DNA from: Trichodelitschia bisporula
Taxonomy: Eukaryota
DNA: 64,000 bases
Reading direction: 5' to 3'
NCBI GenBank assembly: GCA_010356995.1
Contig: ML996696.1
Location: 436,364-500,363 of the forward strand
Below the pieces are notes generated by a model. That model had not been told where the DNA came from. It saw nothing but the letters and a program-made list of their open reading frames with translations, and ran no database searches. Shown piece by piece: positions 34,772 through 47,300 of this stretch (position 1 is the stretch's first letter; each line of letters starts with the position of its first letter). Position numbers and translations under genes: made by a program.

Positions 34772-37594
34772 ATGCATCCGCAAAGTGAAGACCCAACGGC
34801 ATGGAGCGCGTCAATCTACGCGCAGGAATTTGACGCTCCTCCACCACAGCCGTCAATCTTCCAGCCTACGCCAGACCAAAGCAGCGTGGATTCGCTGCTG
34901 CCGCCAACTCAGGGGGAGCCGATTGAGGAATCTTCAGCTTTTAACGTCCCGCTCTCAACTGCACTGCCATTCAAGGGCAAGGAAAAAGAGCTCCCACGAG
35001 GAAAGGAAAAGAGGAAGCCGCTGCGGCTCCTCGACTTGCCGGCGGACATCCTCCGAGAGATCATCAGCCAGGTGGGTGGTTTCCATAGCCGCTGCTCCAG
35101 CGCCATACCCTGCTCTGCTGCATAGTTGTCCTCGTTTCCTGAGCTGACAAGCTGATAGCTTCCTCACACGAATGATCTTACCACTTTGGCCCTCTGCCAC
35201 TCGGTGCTGCACGCCCTTACTATCCCGTGCATATACTCGCGGTTTGACATCGTTTGGCCAGATGAAGGGAACGGGACAATGCAGAGGTCCGGTGTTGATG
35301 CTTTAACGTACGGGCTAGCAACTCTGGTGATGGCGGACGAAATATTTGGAGAAGCGCCGTACCAACAGGGTCTTCGCCCTTCACCTGAGCCCTCGCCCAA
35401 CAGTGCCATCCCACCAGTCCCTCACCACACCTACCCAATCCCAAAGAGACGGCGGGGGAATTACTACGCCAAGTACACGAAGAAGTTCTCGCTGGGCAAC
35501 GGACCCCCGGACTGGGTTCAAGAATATCTCATCACGAAGGAAGGTGGCAAAATGCTCGGTACCCTTGTAGCTCTCGCTGTCGCACGTATGCGGAGCTTGG
35601 AATCGTTCATCTGGGATATGCCGACTGGGGTTTTACGCGACGTTTGGCTGGCCCTCTCATCGCTATCAGGCCGCGATGGACATGAATGCCGACTTGAAAA
35701 GGTCTGGATCCGGTGGCACGACAACTCTTCGTTAGACAGTCCAAACGGTCTCCCGGGCCCACCGATCCCTCCTCCTCCGAATGGACTGCCTCACGTACAG
35801 CCTACCACTAGTAGCATTCCCATGATGGGCATCAACGCACCTCCTCCCGCGATAATTCCCATTCTCGACCGCGTGGAACACCCAACTTTCTCCGTCCTTC
35901 CGCCCTTGAAGAGTCTGAGTGTGCTGGACATTGATGAACTTCCATATTTGGACGAGATGAGCATTCTCATTGCCCGCTCCCAGCACCGCCTTAGAGAGTT
36001 GCGTATCGGGATTGCTGATCAGGCCTACAAGCGGGACTGGGCCTTGGTCTGGGATGGGGATGGCCTGCAACAAGTTGATTACAACACCACGTGGACAGTG
36101 TCTAGCCAGATCTCTTTAAAGCGACTAGGGGGTGTCCTTGGCGTGCTTGTCGGTCGCGTCTACAACATAAGGAACAATGCCGAAACCCAGAAGAAGCTTT
36201 CGGCCCCTGGTACCTTTTCCGAGCGCCTTCCTGGCGATAAAGTTTCGGCGACATCGGCCACTTCGTCTAGCTCGGACACCTTAGCTAACGAGAGAGTCTC
36301 CGGCACAAACACGACAGCCCCTCCAAGCGATCCGCCCCCGTCGAACACTGCACTCTTGGAGCAGAAGTCACCGAGTAATGGTCCGCCGATTCCTCTTCGC
36401 TCGTCTCGCAATCCGCGCGGCGACTCGAAGAAGAACGGTCCATACCTTAATGGTGTCATTCGGCTGGAAACCTTGGAACTGGAGCGGGTCCCCTTATCGG
36501 TAACCGTCTTGCAGAAGGCCTTCGACTGGCCGATTCTTACAAGCCTCACTCTGCTCCATTGCCCAAATCATGAACAACTGTGGAAGATGTTGCGTCGGAA
36601 TTTCTCTCCAACAAGTCCGTACAACCTGCGCCAACAGTCTCGGAATCCCAGCAAAGTTCGCCTGGAATACATCCTGAACCTGAAGAAAATACACACCAAT
36701 GCCGTTTCCCCCTCGTTGATATCATTCCTGAAGGAGACACTGGCGCCCAACAGCTTAGAGGTGCTTTTCCTTCAAGAGCGTCGAGAATACACTTCCTTGG
36801 TCACAATTGATCAGATCTACCGCGGCCCGATCAAGAGGCACCGTGGCAGCTTGAAAAAGTTGATGATTGACAGCAGTGACCAAACGGACGACAATATGAG
36901 CTCAACCCGTTGGAAGCACTGGATGCTGACGCGGGAGGCGGTCACGTACATCACAAGTGGCAGGATGCATGCTTTGCGAGAGCTGGGGGTGACGCTGGAT
37001 TACCGAGACTGGGTGGGTTCAATTTCAGCATCGCCTTGCCATTCACTGACATCTCTCTAGCATTACTTCCTTCAACGGCTACCTACGATCGCACATCTCC
37101 GATCTTTGTACATTCCTCACATTGCGGACCACGCTCATGGTGCCAACCCCGAACCTCGCGAGCTCGCTCTCCAAATCGTGGACATTGTAACGCTTCGACC
37201 CGAGATTGAGCTGTGCTACATGGGTATCGCATCCAAGTGTTTCGAGATATTGGAGAACAAACCGCCAAGCTATGAGTTTCAGCACGATGTGTACCACCCC
37301 GAAGCCGGATCCAGCGGTAACACCACTGGCGGGTATATGCCCATCACCGTTGTCAATGACAACGGTGAACTCACAGATGAGGATGATGAGGATGATGTGG
37401 ATGACGATGATGACTTGGAGGGTGATCCCGTTGATGATTCTCAGTCCGAGAGCTCCGATGATGCAAATGATGATTCTGATGACGACCTGGATAGCGCGGT
37501 TGAGGACAAGAAGGTTCCGAGGTTGCGGCTACGCGAGATCCTCTTTTATGACGACAAGGTATCCATTTTCAAGGCGCGGCATGGGAAACTCTAA
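34772..37594 (+). CDS. Large fungal F-box domain protein with LRR-like region and acidic tail, ~895 aa
   Basis: Exons 34772-35071, 35159-37012, 37061-37594. F-box LRLLDLPADILREIISQ|LPHTNDLTTLALCHSVLHALTIPCIYSRFDIVWP spans intron 1; LESFIWDMPTGVLRDVW; C-terminus LRLREILFYDDKVSIFKARHGKL. Confidence 0.88.
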
Positions 37595-38299
37595 TGACTC
37601 TGATTTGCTTTCGGTTTTGTGTTTTATGGATTCGGCATCGGCAAGAGCATGGCGGCTCGGGATTTAAGGCGTTATTTCTCTGGGTTAGGATGGAACTGCA
37701 TGCGATATGAGGTTGACGATGGCTTTCCATCTTCACAAGGTGCCCGTTTCCGGCGGACGCTAGGCTTAGGAACGGCGAATGACTGTGTATCAATCTACGT
37801 TCTTCAATCTTCTAGACTCGTGACTTGTGTGTCCATGTGCCTTTTAAATGCCACTAGTGCACAGATCTGATGCATCCTGCGCTTCCGTGACTTAAACAAA
37901 CTTGATTCATAATGCTTTTTTTCTGGTTTTCTGGTGGAGGATGAGACAGCATCGGCCCGAGAGCAATGACAGCCAGCCCGCGATCATAACGACCTGACGT
38001 CCGACCATCCCTACCCCTGGCAAACCATCATCGACCGTTCACATCAACACTGCGCGAGGTACATTGGCATTCCCGACTCTGATTGTTGCGCAAGGTACAC
38101 CTTACAGCTAGACGAACGAAGCACGAAGACTCCTTGAATCACGAAGACTCCTCGAAATTCGAGCCTTCTACAATCTGGCGGCGGTTCATCCTCTTATCCA
38201 GGACAGTCTCGCGATACCACTCGTTGAGACTAGTCTTCCGACAGTAGTGAAGTCCCAGCACAGCGTCTTACTGCTCGCATACAGGCTAAACCGTCTCGG

Positions 38300-39455
38300 A
38301 TGTGGACCAATAGAGGTGCCGGCGGAGTCACGGACCTCAAAGCAATATTTCGAAACCCTGGACCCGGCGCGGCACGACTTCAGGACATTGCTTTGAGGAT
38401 TGCCGTAGTAAATTATGACGCCGCCTGTACCGTCGAATCGCTGCAAAATGTACCTTGGTGTGTTGCAAAAAGGATTTGGGACCAGATGAACTCCCGGTAG
38501 GCCAAACCTCCTCGAGCGGAAGACTCGATATGCCTCGCAAAGCGCCCTTGCTGATATCTAGACTGTAGTTCGCTCATGAACCTTTGCTCCTGGCTTGTTT
38601 TCATACGCTATGCTGACGAGGTGGACGACCCGGACAAGATCTTCCATCACACGTTTAGGATTATTTTTACCGGACTGGACCTCGCGACCCGTACCCTACG
38701 CGCCGCGCCGAACCCGCATTTCATCACTTTTCTATCCATCACCCGGTTCTTTGCGCCCGAGCGCATGTTCCAGGAATTGGAGGAACTTCCAGAGTTCCCA
38801 AACCTCGGCGCCCTCCATTTGGACGCCGGGGATGGAAGGAGGGGAACCTTCGAAGTCGATAAGCAAATCCTTCAAGCTTGGGCTAACCGAGCTGAGCGAT
38901 GTGGAGGGTTCCCAAAACTGAAGCTCCTTGTCTCTCGGTGTTTGCCTACGTTGGGCCTATCCTCGCTTGATCTTTTAGCAAAGCTGCCGGCCCTCGAATA
39001 CTGCATTTTTGCAGATTCGCTAAGCGTGACCGAGGACGAGCAAGGGGATGTTCCGGGAGGCTGGGAGTTCATAAGGCACGTCCACATCAAGTGTGGGCAG
39101 TATATTAACCGCTTGCAGTCGTCCACACCTTGATCAGCTTGCTTCACGCCTCTGGATGGATGATTCGATTAGTGCAGGTCTCGACGACCTCTACCGCGAG
39201 CTAATTCCCCCGAGTCCCGGGGCCAAACGGGAACCTTTTCTCGATCTCCGGTACGGATCCAGCCTTTACCCGTACTTCGCCCGCGACATCAGTGCGATAC
39301 AGGGGGTGAAGCGCGTGCGCGCCGCACCATTATTGCCCGGGAATAGCAAGAGCCGACCATCTCCCTCAGAGGACAATGGTCCAAAGCGACGAAAGATTCG
39401 ACAAGGGATAGTTCGGCACATGGATGACCTTTTGCAGGACTTCGAGTCGAAGTGA
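38300..39455 (+). CDS. Hypothetical protein with Elongin-A/Rad7-like BC-box, LRR-like repeats and basic NLS (5' end uncertain)
   Basis: Exons 38300-38496, 38569-39075, 39119-39455 link three ORF-track pieces in frame. The second intron is either GC-AG (39076-39118) or uses a weak GTTCAT donor at 39067. Motifs ARLQDIALRIAV..SLQNVPWCVAKRIW, FPNLGALHL, FPKLKLLV, LPALEYC, PKRRKIR. Confidence 0.65.
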
Positions 39456-40474
39456 GAGTGGGACAAATGCAAGCGCCTATACTTGATGAACGGAGTGGCG
39501 TGGGAGTATGGTTACCACACTCAGTGCAAAGACGCCATTGCTTGCACCTTGACCAACAAGGTTGATATCAAGCTGCGAAGATTGTGACTCTCGATTCCGG
39601 AAGGGGGGGGCGGGGTTTGTACTCCATACTTGAATAGGCAGTCACATTGCGAAATGCAGCATCGTGCCCTCCTCGAGTGGCAACCCCGACTCAATTCGCT
39701 GCCATATCAGACCTAGATCATGGTACAATAAACCTCCAGTATCCACGTCAAGCCTTCGTTTCTAGCACGGAGTTATGTATCCTACGTCAGCCCCGATCAA
39801 AAACCACATGCCGTTTATCAAAAGGCAGCCAGCTTTCCACAGCTCGCAAGTCCAGTATTCAAAAGAAGCAACGCCAGTACCTGAGGGGGCACGCTTCCAG
39901 CTCTATGATTCAGACGCACGGAGAGAAGCGGGGTTGGCATTAGACAGCGTCTGCTTATCGGAAACATAGCTAAGCTGCTGTTAGATTACTTCGTCTCGTG
40001 CTGCATTGCGAATAAGCCGGAATCAGTATTGGTTGTTAGACAACGAGTATGCACCGGAACGGCCCGACGCGGTGCGTCTGAGGTCTCTCACTGGCCCGAT
40101 GACACTGCTGCAGATATGCAGTGATGCTTAGCTCTGTTATGAAAGACAGACGGTAAAGTGGACTGACTAAGGGCGCCGTTTAGAGACGGTACGTACCCCG
40201 CATATAGCATATGCCCTAGCCGCTCCGAAAATTACTGCACTGCATGATGAAGAGGGGAGCACAAAGCCGATGGACCAGAAGCGCCGAAATCGATGACGCA
40301 CGTCTGATTCTCGGAAAATGATCGATGTTTTGGACATTGCAACAGAAAGGCCTCCAAAGCTGTGGAACACGGCAATGACTTGGTAAGGTAAGGGTACCTA
40401 CTTGCGATGTTCACTTGCCGAACACAGCCTCTTGTTCCTGATGAAACCGAGCAGGCTTATGCCAATGCAGCACT

Positions 40475-41655
40475 CTAACCGTTCGGCGTTGCAGCTTTGT
40501 GCGTGCCAGTTGTGCTGTCGTGATCGGGTTTCTCTTTCCTCCGTTGGGCAACGTCCCAGTTGTACACCCTGGCCGTGGCCACTTCCAGCGTCTGATATTT
40601 GAAGAGATTAGCAAATAAAGAGCTTCAAAATGGCAACGTGGTAGGCTACAAACGTTGCAAGCCGCACAAGATGACGACAGCTGAGATGGGAGGCGAAATA
40701 AGAAACTCACCGTGATCTGCTCTCTGAGGAAGTCCAAGTCCTCTTCACAGTTTCTCAGGCTTTGCTGGGCGGCAGCATGTTTCGACTCCAGCAAGGATTC
40801 AGCTTCCTGCATAGGATAGGCGAGCATGACATTCGCCTATTGGGAGACACTGTTAGCCACCGGAAACGCAATATTGCAAAGCATGGCATTATGCTCCAAC
40901 CATCGGCAGTGGGAGACGCTGCATACGAAGGTTGGGGATGAGGTCGGCATGTCGGAGCTTTTTTTCACCTACCCCAAGCCAAAGATAGACCTCGTCGGTA
41001 GGTGGCACGAGCGCCTTGGCGTAAAGCGTGTCATTTAATTCGAAGGTTGTTTCCAAGGCGTCGGAGTCCGGCTTTGCGAATATGCCGACGTCAGTAAGGA
41101 GATCGTCAAAGTGACCGTTTATAGCAAAGTAGTTTGCAGCAGTTGGAATTGGGCTGCCTGCTGCTCGGGGTGGATAAATACGACGGATCCCACGCACCTT
41201 TCGCGTCTTCAAAAACCGCACCGTGTCCAGGGTCTTTTGGATATCGGGTATCTTCGCCCTCAACCCTTCCGCTCGCTGCTCGGTATTCGCCTGCATGAAC
41301 TGGTATTTTCTGGATGGGAAAGAGGTGGTTGTCAGAAGGATGTGGCGTAAGGCTGGACGGTGAGGGGGCTAAAGAGATATCTTTGGGCGAGGGAATGGGG
41401 CCGCAGGGGGGAGGTTGGTGACAGAACGAGGGGCAGCATACGATATCATCTCCTGGAAGCTCTTCAGCGTTCCTTCGACCTCCTCTCGACCCGAAACATA
41501 GTCCTCAACTTTGTCGACAAACGGCGCGAAGGGGATACCGCGGGGGTTTGCGGGGGTATCTTTGCCTCTGGGTACCACGACTGTCAGCGAACCCGCTGGC
41601 GCAAAGAAGAGGAGGAGTGCACTTACTTGCCCGCAGCGGCGGTTACGGGCGCCAT
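40475..41655 (-). CDS. PAC10: Prefoldin subunit 3 (alpha-type; VBP1/Gim2/Pac10), 202 aa
   Basis: Exons 41655-41627, 41567-41442, 41309-41198, 41071-40973, 40836-40711, 40591-40475 (609 nt). NPRGIPFAPFVDKVEDYV, FQEMISKYQFM, KIPDIQKTL, FELNDTLYAKA, VYLWLGANVMLAYP, DLDFLREQITTLEVATARVYNWDV. Confidence 0.95.
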
Positions 41656-44338
41656 GGCTGATGGTGGAGGTTCGTGGGGGACGATAATGACCAGCGAAGT
41701 TCACAAACACCCTCACGTCGTCATAGCTGCAGTTCGGCTCACGAAACCACTCCGGTCGGCACAACTTCGGGACAATTCTCCTGGCCTGTTCCCGACTTTG
41801 GGCCTGCTGAGGCGACGAGGCTGCAAGGCTGATATCAGGCGGTCATGCCAAGTCTCCATGGGGGCTAAGTTTCTTACCCAAGCCCCGTTGGGCTTAGCAA
41901 CGGTTGTGGCTGACACCTTCTAGGGATGTTTTGACTGCTGAGCTTGGTAGCTCCTTAGCAAAGATTACCAGTTCTCACCTCCCACCCAAACGGGCTGTCC
42001 CGCGCCTGCATCTCTTCACCCCGGTTTGTGACCGCAGACCTGCATCCACCACCCACACAAGATTTGTCGAGCTCCATTCGGCCCCCCTCTTGTTGTCCGG
42101 ATCCACCGTTCTAGGGTCCCTTGCCAGCGCATGCAGGCCAACAATGCAGGCGCACGATGCAGGCGCGTTCCGTTCCTGAGAGCCTTACAAACCCACGGTA
42201 AGGCACGAGGGGGCCAAGGAATCCAGCTTGGTCTGCATGCTCCCTCAGCCACGACAGCCCATGGGGCCAGCCATGCCGCACCAACAGTGCTGAGACACTC
42301 TTGCGAAGATCGCCGAGCTCGCTGCCAAAAATACCCACGCCTCCCGGAGATAGCCGTTCAAGCCCAGGCTGGAGTTGAGACTAAGCATCAACCTTTTGCC
42401 ACTAGTACCCTGGGAGGAAAGCATCAACAAAGCCGCTATTTCTCCCTAGTGGAAGCGCGGAGCTCAAGCGCGACGCTTTTTTTCTCACCGGTCAACAAGC
42501 TCACAGGAGCTTATTCCGACTCACCGCGCTACTCGTACTTCGACACGGGTACGGTAGGCAGCTTGTTGGCCAGCAGTTGCGGTGCGATAGTAGCCGCCGT
42601 GTGGTAACCAACAATGCAACTCCTGAGAACCAGGCTCGGCCACTGGATGACGACGGAAATCGAGATGTGGAAACAGATGCGACACTCGGCAACGGTATAC
42701 CGCGCATCCCTCACGTCTGCTCGTTTGGAGAGCGAACATCGCAATTCCCTTATCACGCCACAAATACAGCCTCGTCCCCGCCTCTCACAACTCGGCGTCG
42801 CAGAGTGCTGACGCTGGCGTTGCATGATGACAATTAACTTGCAGCTGTGAAGTCCGTCGATTTCGAAGTCCGATCACCACGTCGGATGGCTCCACTTGCG
42901 CTTCCCGAATGTACATTGTTGCACATCTGTGTTTTCCCTTCACTCGTTGTGCATCCTACGACCCGCAGGTGTACCGTCACGCTCGCAGCCCGAAGCAAGC
43001 GGAACTGCGTTGCGTGAGTTGCCAATCACCCATCATCCGTCAAGAGTTGCATCGAATGTGCTCAGCCTTCAGCCCTCCCAACCTCCCCAATCCCGCAGAT
43101 ACGAAAATCGTCATTTCACCACATGCACCCCGAGGGGTGTACAGGGATTGGCTCTAAACGGCTTAGCGCCCATTGTGTCCTTCCAGCGCCACCCGTGTAA
43201 ACACCGCGTTCTATTGCTCTACCGCAGATCTTCCGGGCCTAGACGATCCACCGTCGTGCCCGCTGCAAACCGCCAATCTGATGCCCCCATGCGTGTCCGA
43301 TGATGTCGGTTCCAAGACGACTGGCAGAGCTGCGAGTTACCAGGTGCAGGACTGTGTGATACTGAGTTCAAGTAGCTTTTCGGGGCGGACTTGGAGATCC
43401 TTCACACTAGGCTGGTAAGGAGAAACACAACTGTGCTTCGGAGCCATACCCACATTCGCAAAGCATCAAGCTTGCTTCTTTGCGCCTTGAGGGTAAGTGG
43501 CTAGATCAAGCTTGCGGCACCGCTTCGAAGCGAGCAAACGGTGCTTCATGAACCGCAATGGGTCGTTCAATTTATCATCGGACACCATGTGTTCTGTGCC
43601 ACTCGATGTCCTCTGGAAGGGGGTGTCCTCATCAAATAGGAGGACTAGCAGGCTCCATTTGAAATTCCAAACCCAAGTGGACAAAACTCCTATCTCATAC
43701 CGTGCAATGCATCCGGTGTTCCCCAAAGTTCTTCATGTCATCCTGTACCCTCAGGCGTAGTGGCACTGTACATATCCGTGAGCCGGTTACTGGCCTCGGA
43801 CTTTCGGCTGCCTTCTCGGCAGTGGGGTTCCTTTCGGATCCTCCAGGATTCCTCTATGCGCGTAAGGTACTCGCGAAAGATATCTTTCACGAAGGCCGGT
43901 CATCGAGCAGAATTAGAGCTTCGAGGCCACGAGCTTTCAATAAGGCATTTCTCCTCGACAGGAAGAAGCCATGTGGGAGCCATTCAAGAGTCAAGGCGCA
44001 GGGATCGGAGCAATCATATCCAATGACATGAATCTATGGACAACCAAATAAGATACGAAGCAATGCAGAACTTCAAGGAAACAGCGTCTAAGTTCAGAGC
44101 GCAAGCCGTGCTAACAGGGCAAAAAGATCAACCGTAAAAGATAGCAAACCCATACCATGCACCGCGCCGATCTATGAGCAATCCCCAAGCCAAACTCCAT
44201 TCGTGAAAGCCCAGTGGCAAGATTTAAAAATTAAATGCCGAAACATGATCGAAGGTCCATGCAGGAACGGAGCCCAAGGGGGCATCAAACTCAACTTCAT
44301 GCCAACAAATGTACAAGCATCCCCTCGAGTAGCTCTTA

Positions 44339-47300
44339 CTAATCCTCATCATAATGAAGAGCCTTCTTGATGAGTCTGCCCAAGTCCTGAGCCTGAAGAC
44401 ATCGTTAGTACCGAAGGGAAGAAGGTGAAGGGGGGCGCAACTTACATGAGGCTCCTTCATCATGCTGAAGTGATTGCCACCCATGACGAAAAATTCCATG
44501 TTATCGCCGAGCAGCTGCGACCAACCATTGTCACCGAAGTCGGTGCGGTTGTTCAACAACCACTTCATGGGGGCTGGGTCCTCATCCTCAGCCGGAGGAG
44601 GGCGGGGGTCATCGGGGTTCTTGCAAACGCCATCGGTGCACCAAATGGCGGCAGTGTGAGGACCCTTGCCGGCAGGGAAGGGAACAGGCTCGTAGTCACT
44701 CAACGCCTTGATGGAGGCGGCGAAGTGAGGGAGGAGCCATCCGGGAGTGCCACCGGGCCTGCCAGTCCCCAGGAGGCCGATTTGGTCGAAGAAGATGTGA
44801 AGTCTGGCAGGGAGGGGGTCGAGGGCGACAGGGCAAGGCGAATCCAACAAGAGAAGGCATTCAACTTCATCGCCATTCTGGATGATCTGCATGGCAGTCT
44901 CGTAGGCAATGACACCGCCAGCAGACCAACCGCCAATCACGTACGGACCCTTGGGTTGTCTGCGCTTGATCTCGGCCAGATAGAGAGCGGTGACATTCTC
45001 AATGCCGCAAGTGAACGACTCAGGGTTCTTCATGAAGGGGCAATTGAGGCCATAGACCGCCATATCAGGGGAGATGTTCGGGATCGAAACATAGGATGTC
45101 GCACTTCCCGAGCCATCAGGAAGCAGGAACAACTTCTTGGTGGCAATCTTGGCGTTGCCCTGGAGCAGCACCGAAGTCGCAGGAGGAAGACCGGAGATGT
45201 TGCGTGCGATACGGGCAAGCTTTTGGCTGACCTCGTCAAGCTGGGGACGCTTGGACTTAGACGAAGGCTTTGGGGCCTTGGCCTTGGTCTCGCTCTTAGC
45301 CTCAACCTTCGCGCGCATGCCCAAAGCATTCTCAATATCCTCGATGGTAGAGTTGGCCACGAGGAAGGTGGAGGGAATGTCGACATTCGTCGCCTCACGG
45401 AGGGCGCTGAGGATAGTCAAGCTCATCAATGAATCCATACCCATCTCGGCGAGATCGGCCGTGTCGCCAATTTCATCGATATCAACGCCCATCTCCTGGG
45501 AGATGATCTGCCGAGCCAAGCTGGGGCCGGCACCGGAGGGCACAGAAGTCGCCTTGACAGTCGGGGACTCCTTGCCGGAGACGCTCGGAGCGGTGCTGGG
45601 AGCAGAGCTGGCCGGGGTGCTAACGTCCTCGTCGTAAGGAGTCGGAAGATCAGAGATGGCGTCAGAGTCGTCACTGTCGTCATCCGCATAGAGCGGCTCG
45701 GCACCGTCATATTGGGCAAAGAACTTCTTCATGGCCCCGACAGTCGGGTAATCCGTGAAGAGGCTCGAGCTGATCTCGAGGTCGAGATCCTCGCGGAACC
45801 TGGCTGAAATGGTGAGAGACAGAAGCGAATCAACACCGAGGTTCTCGAAGGCAGCCTCATCCACCAGCTCCAACATATCAACTTCAGTTTCCGCGGCAAT
45901 GATGTTCATAACGCGTGAGACCATGGTCGTAGTCGAGGGCTTGACAACCTTCTTCGGAGCGGCCTTCACTAGAGCGGTCTTGCTGGCGCGGCGAGTGCTG
46001 GCGGGAGGCGGGGCGAGCGTGGCAGCTCTCACTGGTGCAGGGGCTGCGGCGACGGGCTGGGTGGCTGGGAGAGCGGCGGGCCTTGCTGGAGCAGCCTGAA
46101 CACCTTTCTTCGGAGGAGGAACCATGGCGTTCAGGGCGCGGCGAGGGACGTTCTGGAACTTCAGGCCCTCGACGACACCGATGATGTCCTCGCCTTCGAA
46201 GATGTAGACGTCACCCACGGAAATATTTCCCGGGGCCGGCAACATACGGACGTAGGAACGGTACTCCTTGTCGGCAGAGAGCGGACGCGAAATGCGAATG
46301 GAACCCCAACCGTGAGAGATATACACACTCTCCGTCGAGTCGATCAAATCTGACGCGTTGACAATGAAACCAGACAGGTGAGCCAAGCTGTCGATCCAGT
46401 AAGGCGCGCAGAAGAACTCGCCATCCTTCTCAGTGGTTTGGAACTTGACCTTGGCCGTGGCTTCAGTCTGCTTGCCATCCAGGATGACTTCCTCCATGCC
46501 ACGGTAGGCTGGGGCATAGGTAACCAAAGCAGTGAACAGCTTGTAGGCCATGCCACGGAGAATCTTGTGGGCAGCACCAGTTTGGAGCTTCTGCTTCAGG
46601 AGGTCGACTTGAGTCTGCACCATGAACTGGGTGCGGCGCCACTCAGTCACCCAAGCATCCGGGTTCTCATACTTGACGAGGCCATGGCCGAGGTTCTGAA
46701 TCAAAGTGCCATCAGGCTGGACAGTCCGGTACTTCAGCGACACCTCTTGCCTCTCGAGATCAGCAAAAGCCTCGAGCTGCAGGTGCTGGCCCTCAGGCGG
46801 TGGAGGGACCTGTGCGACGAATGGCTTGTGGACTTCCATAGCACAAACGTTCATGCCGACGGGACCGGCGCCGGGACGCAGCTCCTTGTAGAGATAGTCG
46901 GCAACAGTCATCGCCATGTCGGCATACAGCGATGAAGGGCAGAAGGGAGAACCGTTGACGAGATGGCCTGAAATGGTGGCCAGCAGCTTTGGCTCTGAAA
47001 CATCCGACTGGACAACGACAAGACCGGAATTGGCATGGAGATCCTCCTTGACGATGCGCTGGCAAGAGGTGGTTGAGAGCTTTGACCTCAGGGGTTGCTG
47101 AGGGGCTGGTGCTGCGATGGTTTGAACAACCGGGGCCTCTCCCTTGGTGAGAGTCCAGTTGTTGTGGTAATCCAACCAATACTTTTTCTCGTCAAAAGCA
47201 TAGGTTGGCAGAACCAACAACTCGTGCGCATCGTCGAAAGTGCGGTGATACTCGTTGAAGTCGATGTACACTCCGGCAAGGTACAGAGCACTCAGGCTGG

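Noticed and set aside
37580..37594. C-terminal -GKL of the F-box protein as a peroxisomal PTS1
   Set aside because: Gly at -3 is non-canonical, and the tail looks like part of a conserved folded C-terminal motif.
41700..44300. ORFs of 60-160 aa between prefoldin and the PKS as cluster tailoring genes
   Set aside because: No reductase, dehydratase, laccase or transporter motifs.
44224..44445. ORF-track C-terminal extension of the PKS
   Set aside because: Read-through of intron 44445-44393; the spliced product stops at 44339.
44425..45432. 335-aa plus-strand ORF opposite the PKS ACP/TE region
   Set aside because: Antisense shadow caused by codon bias.
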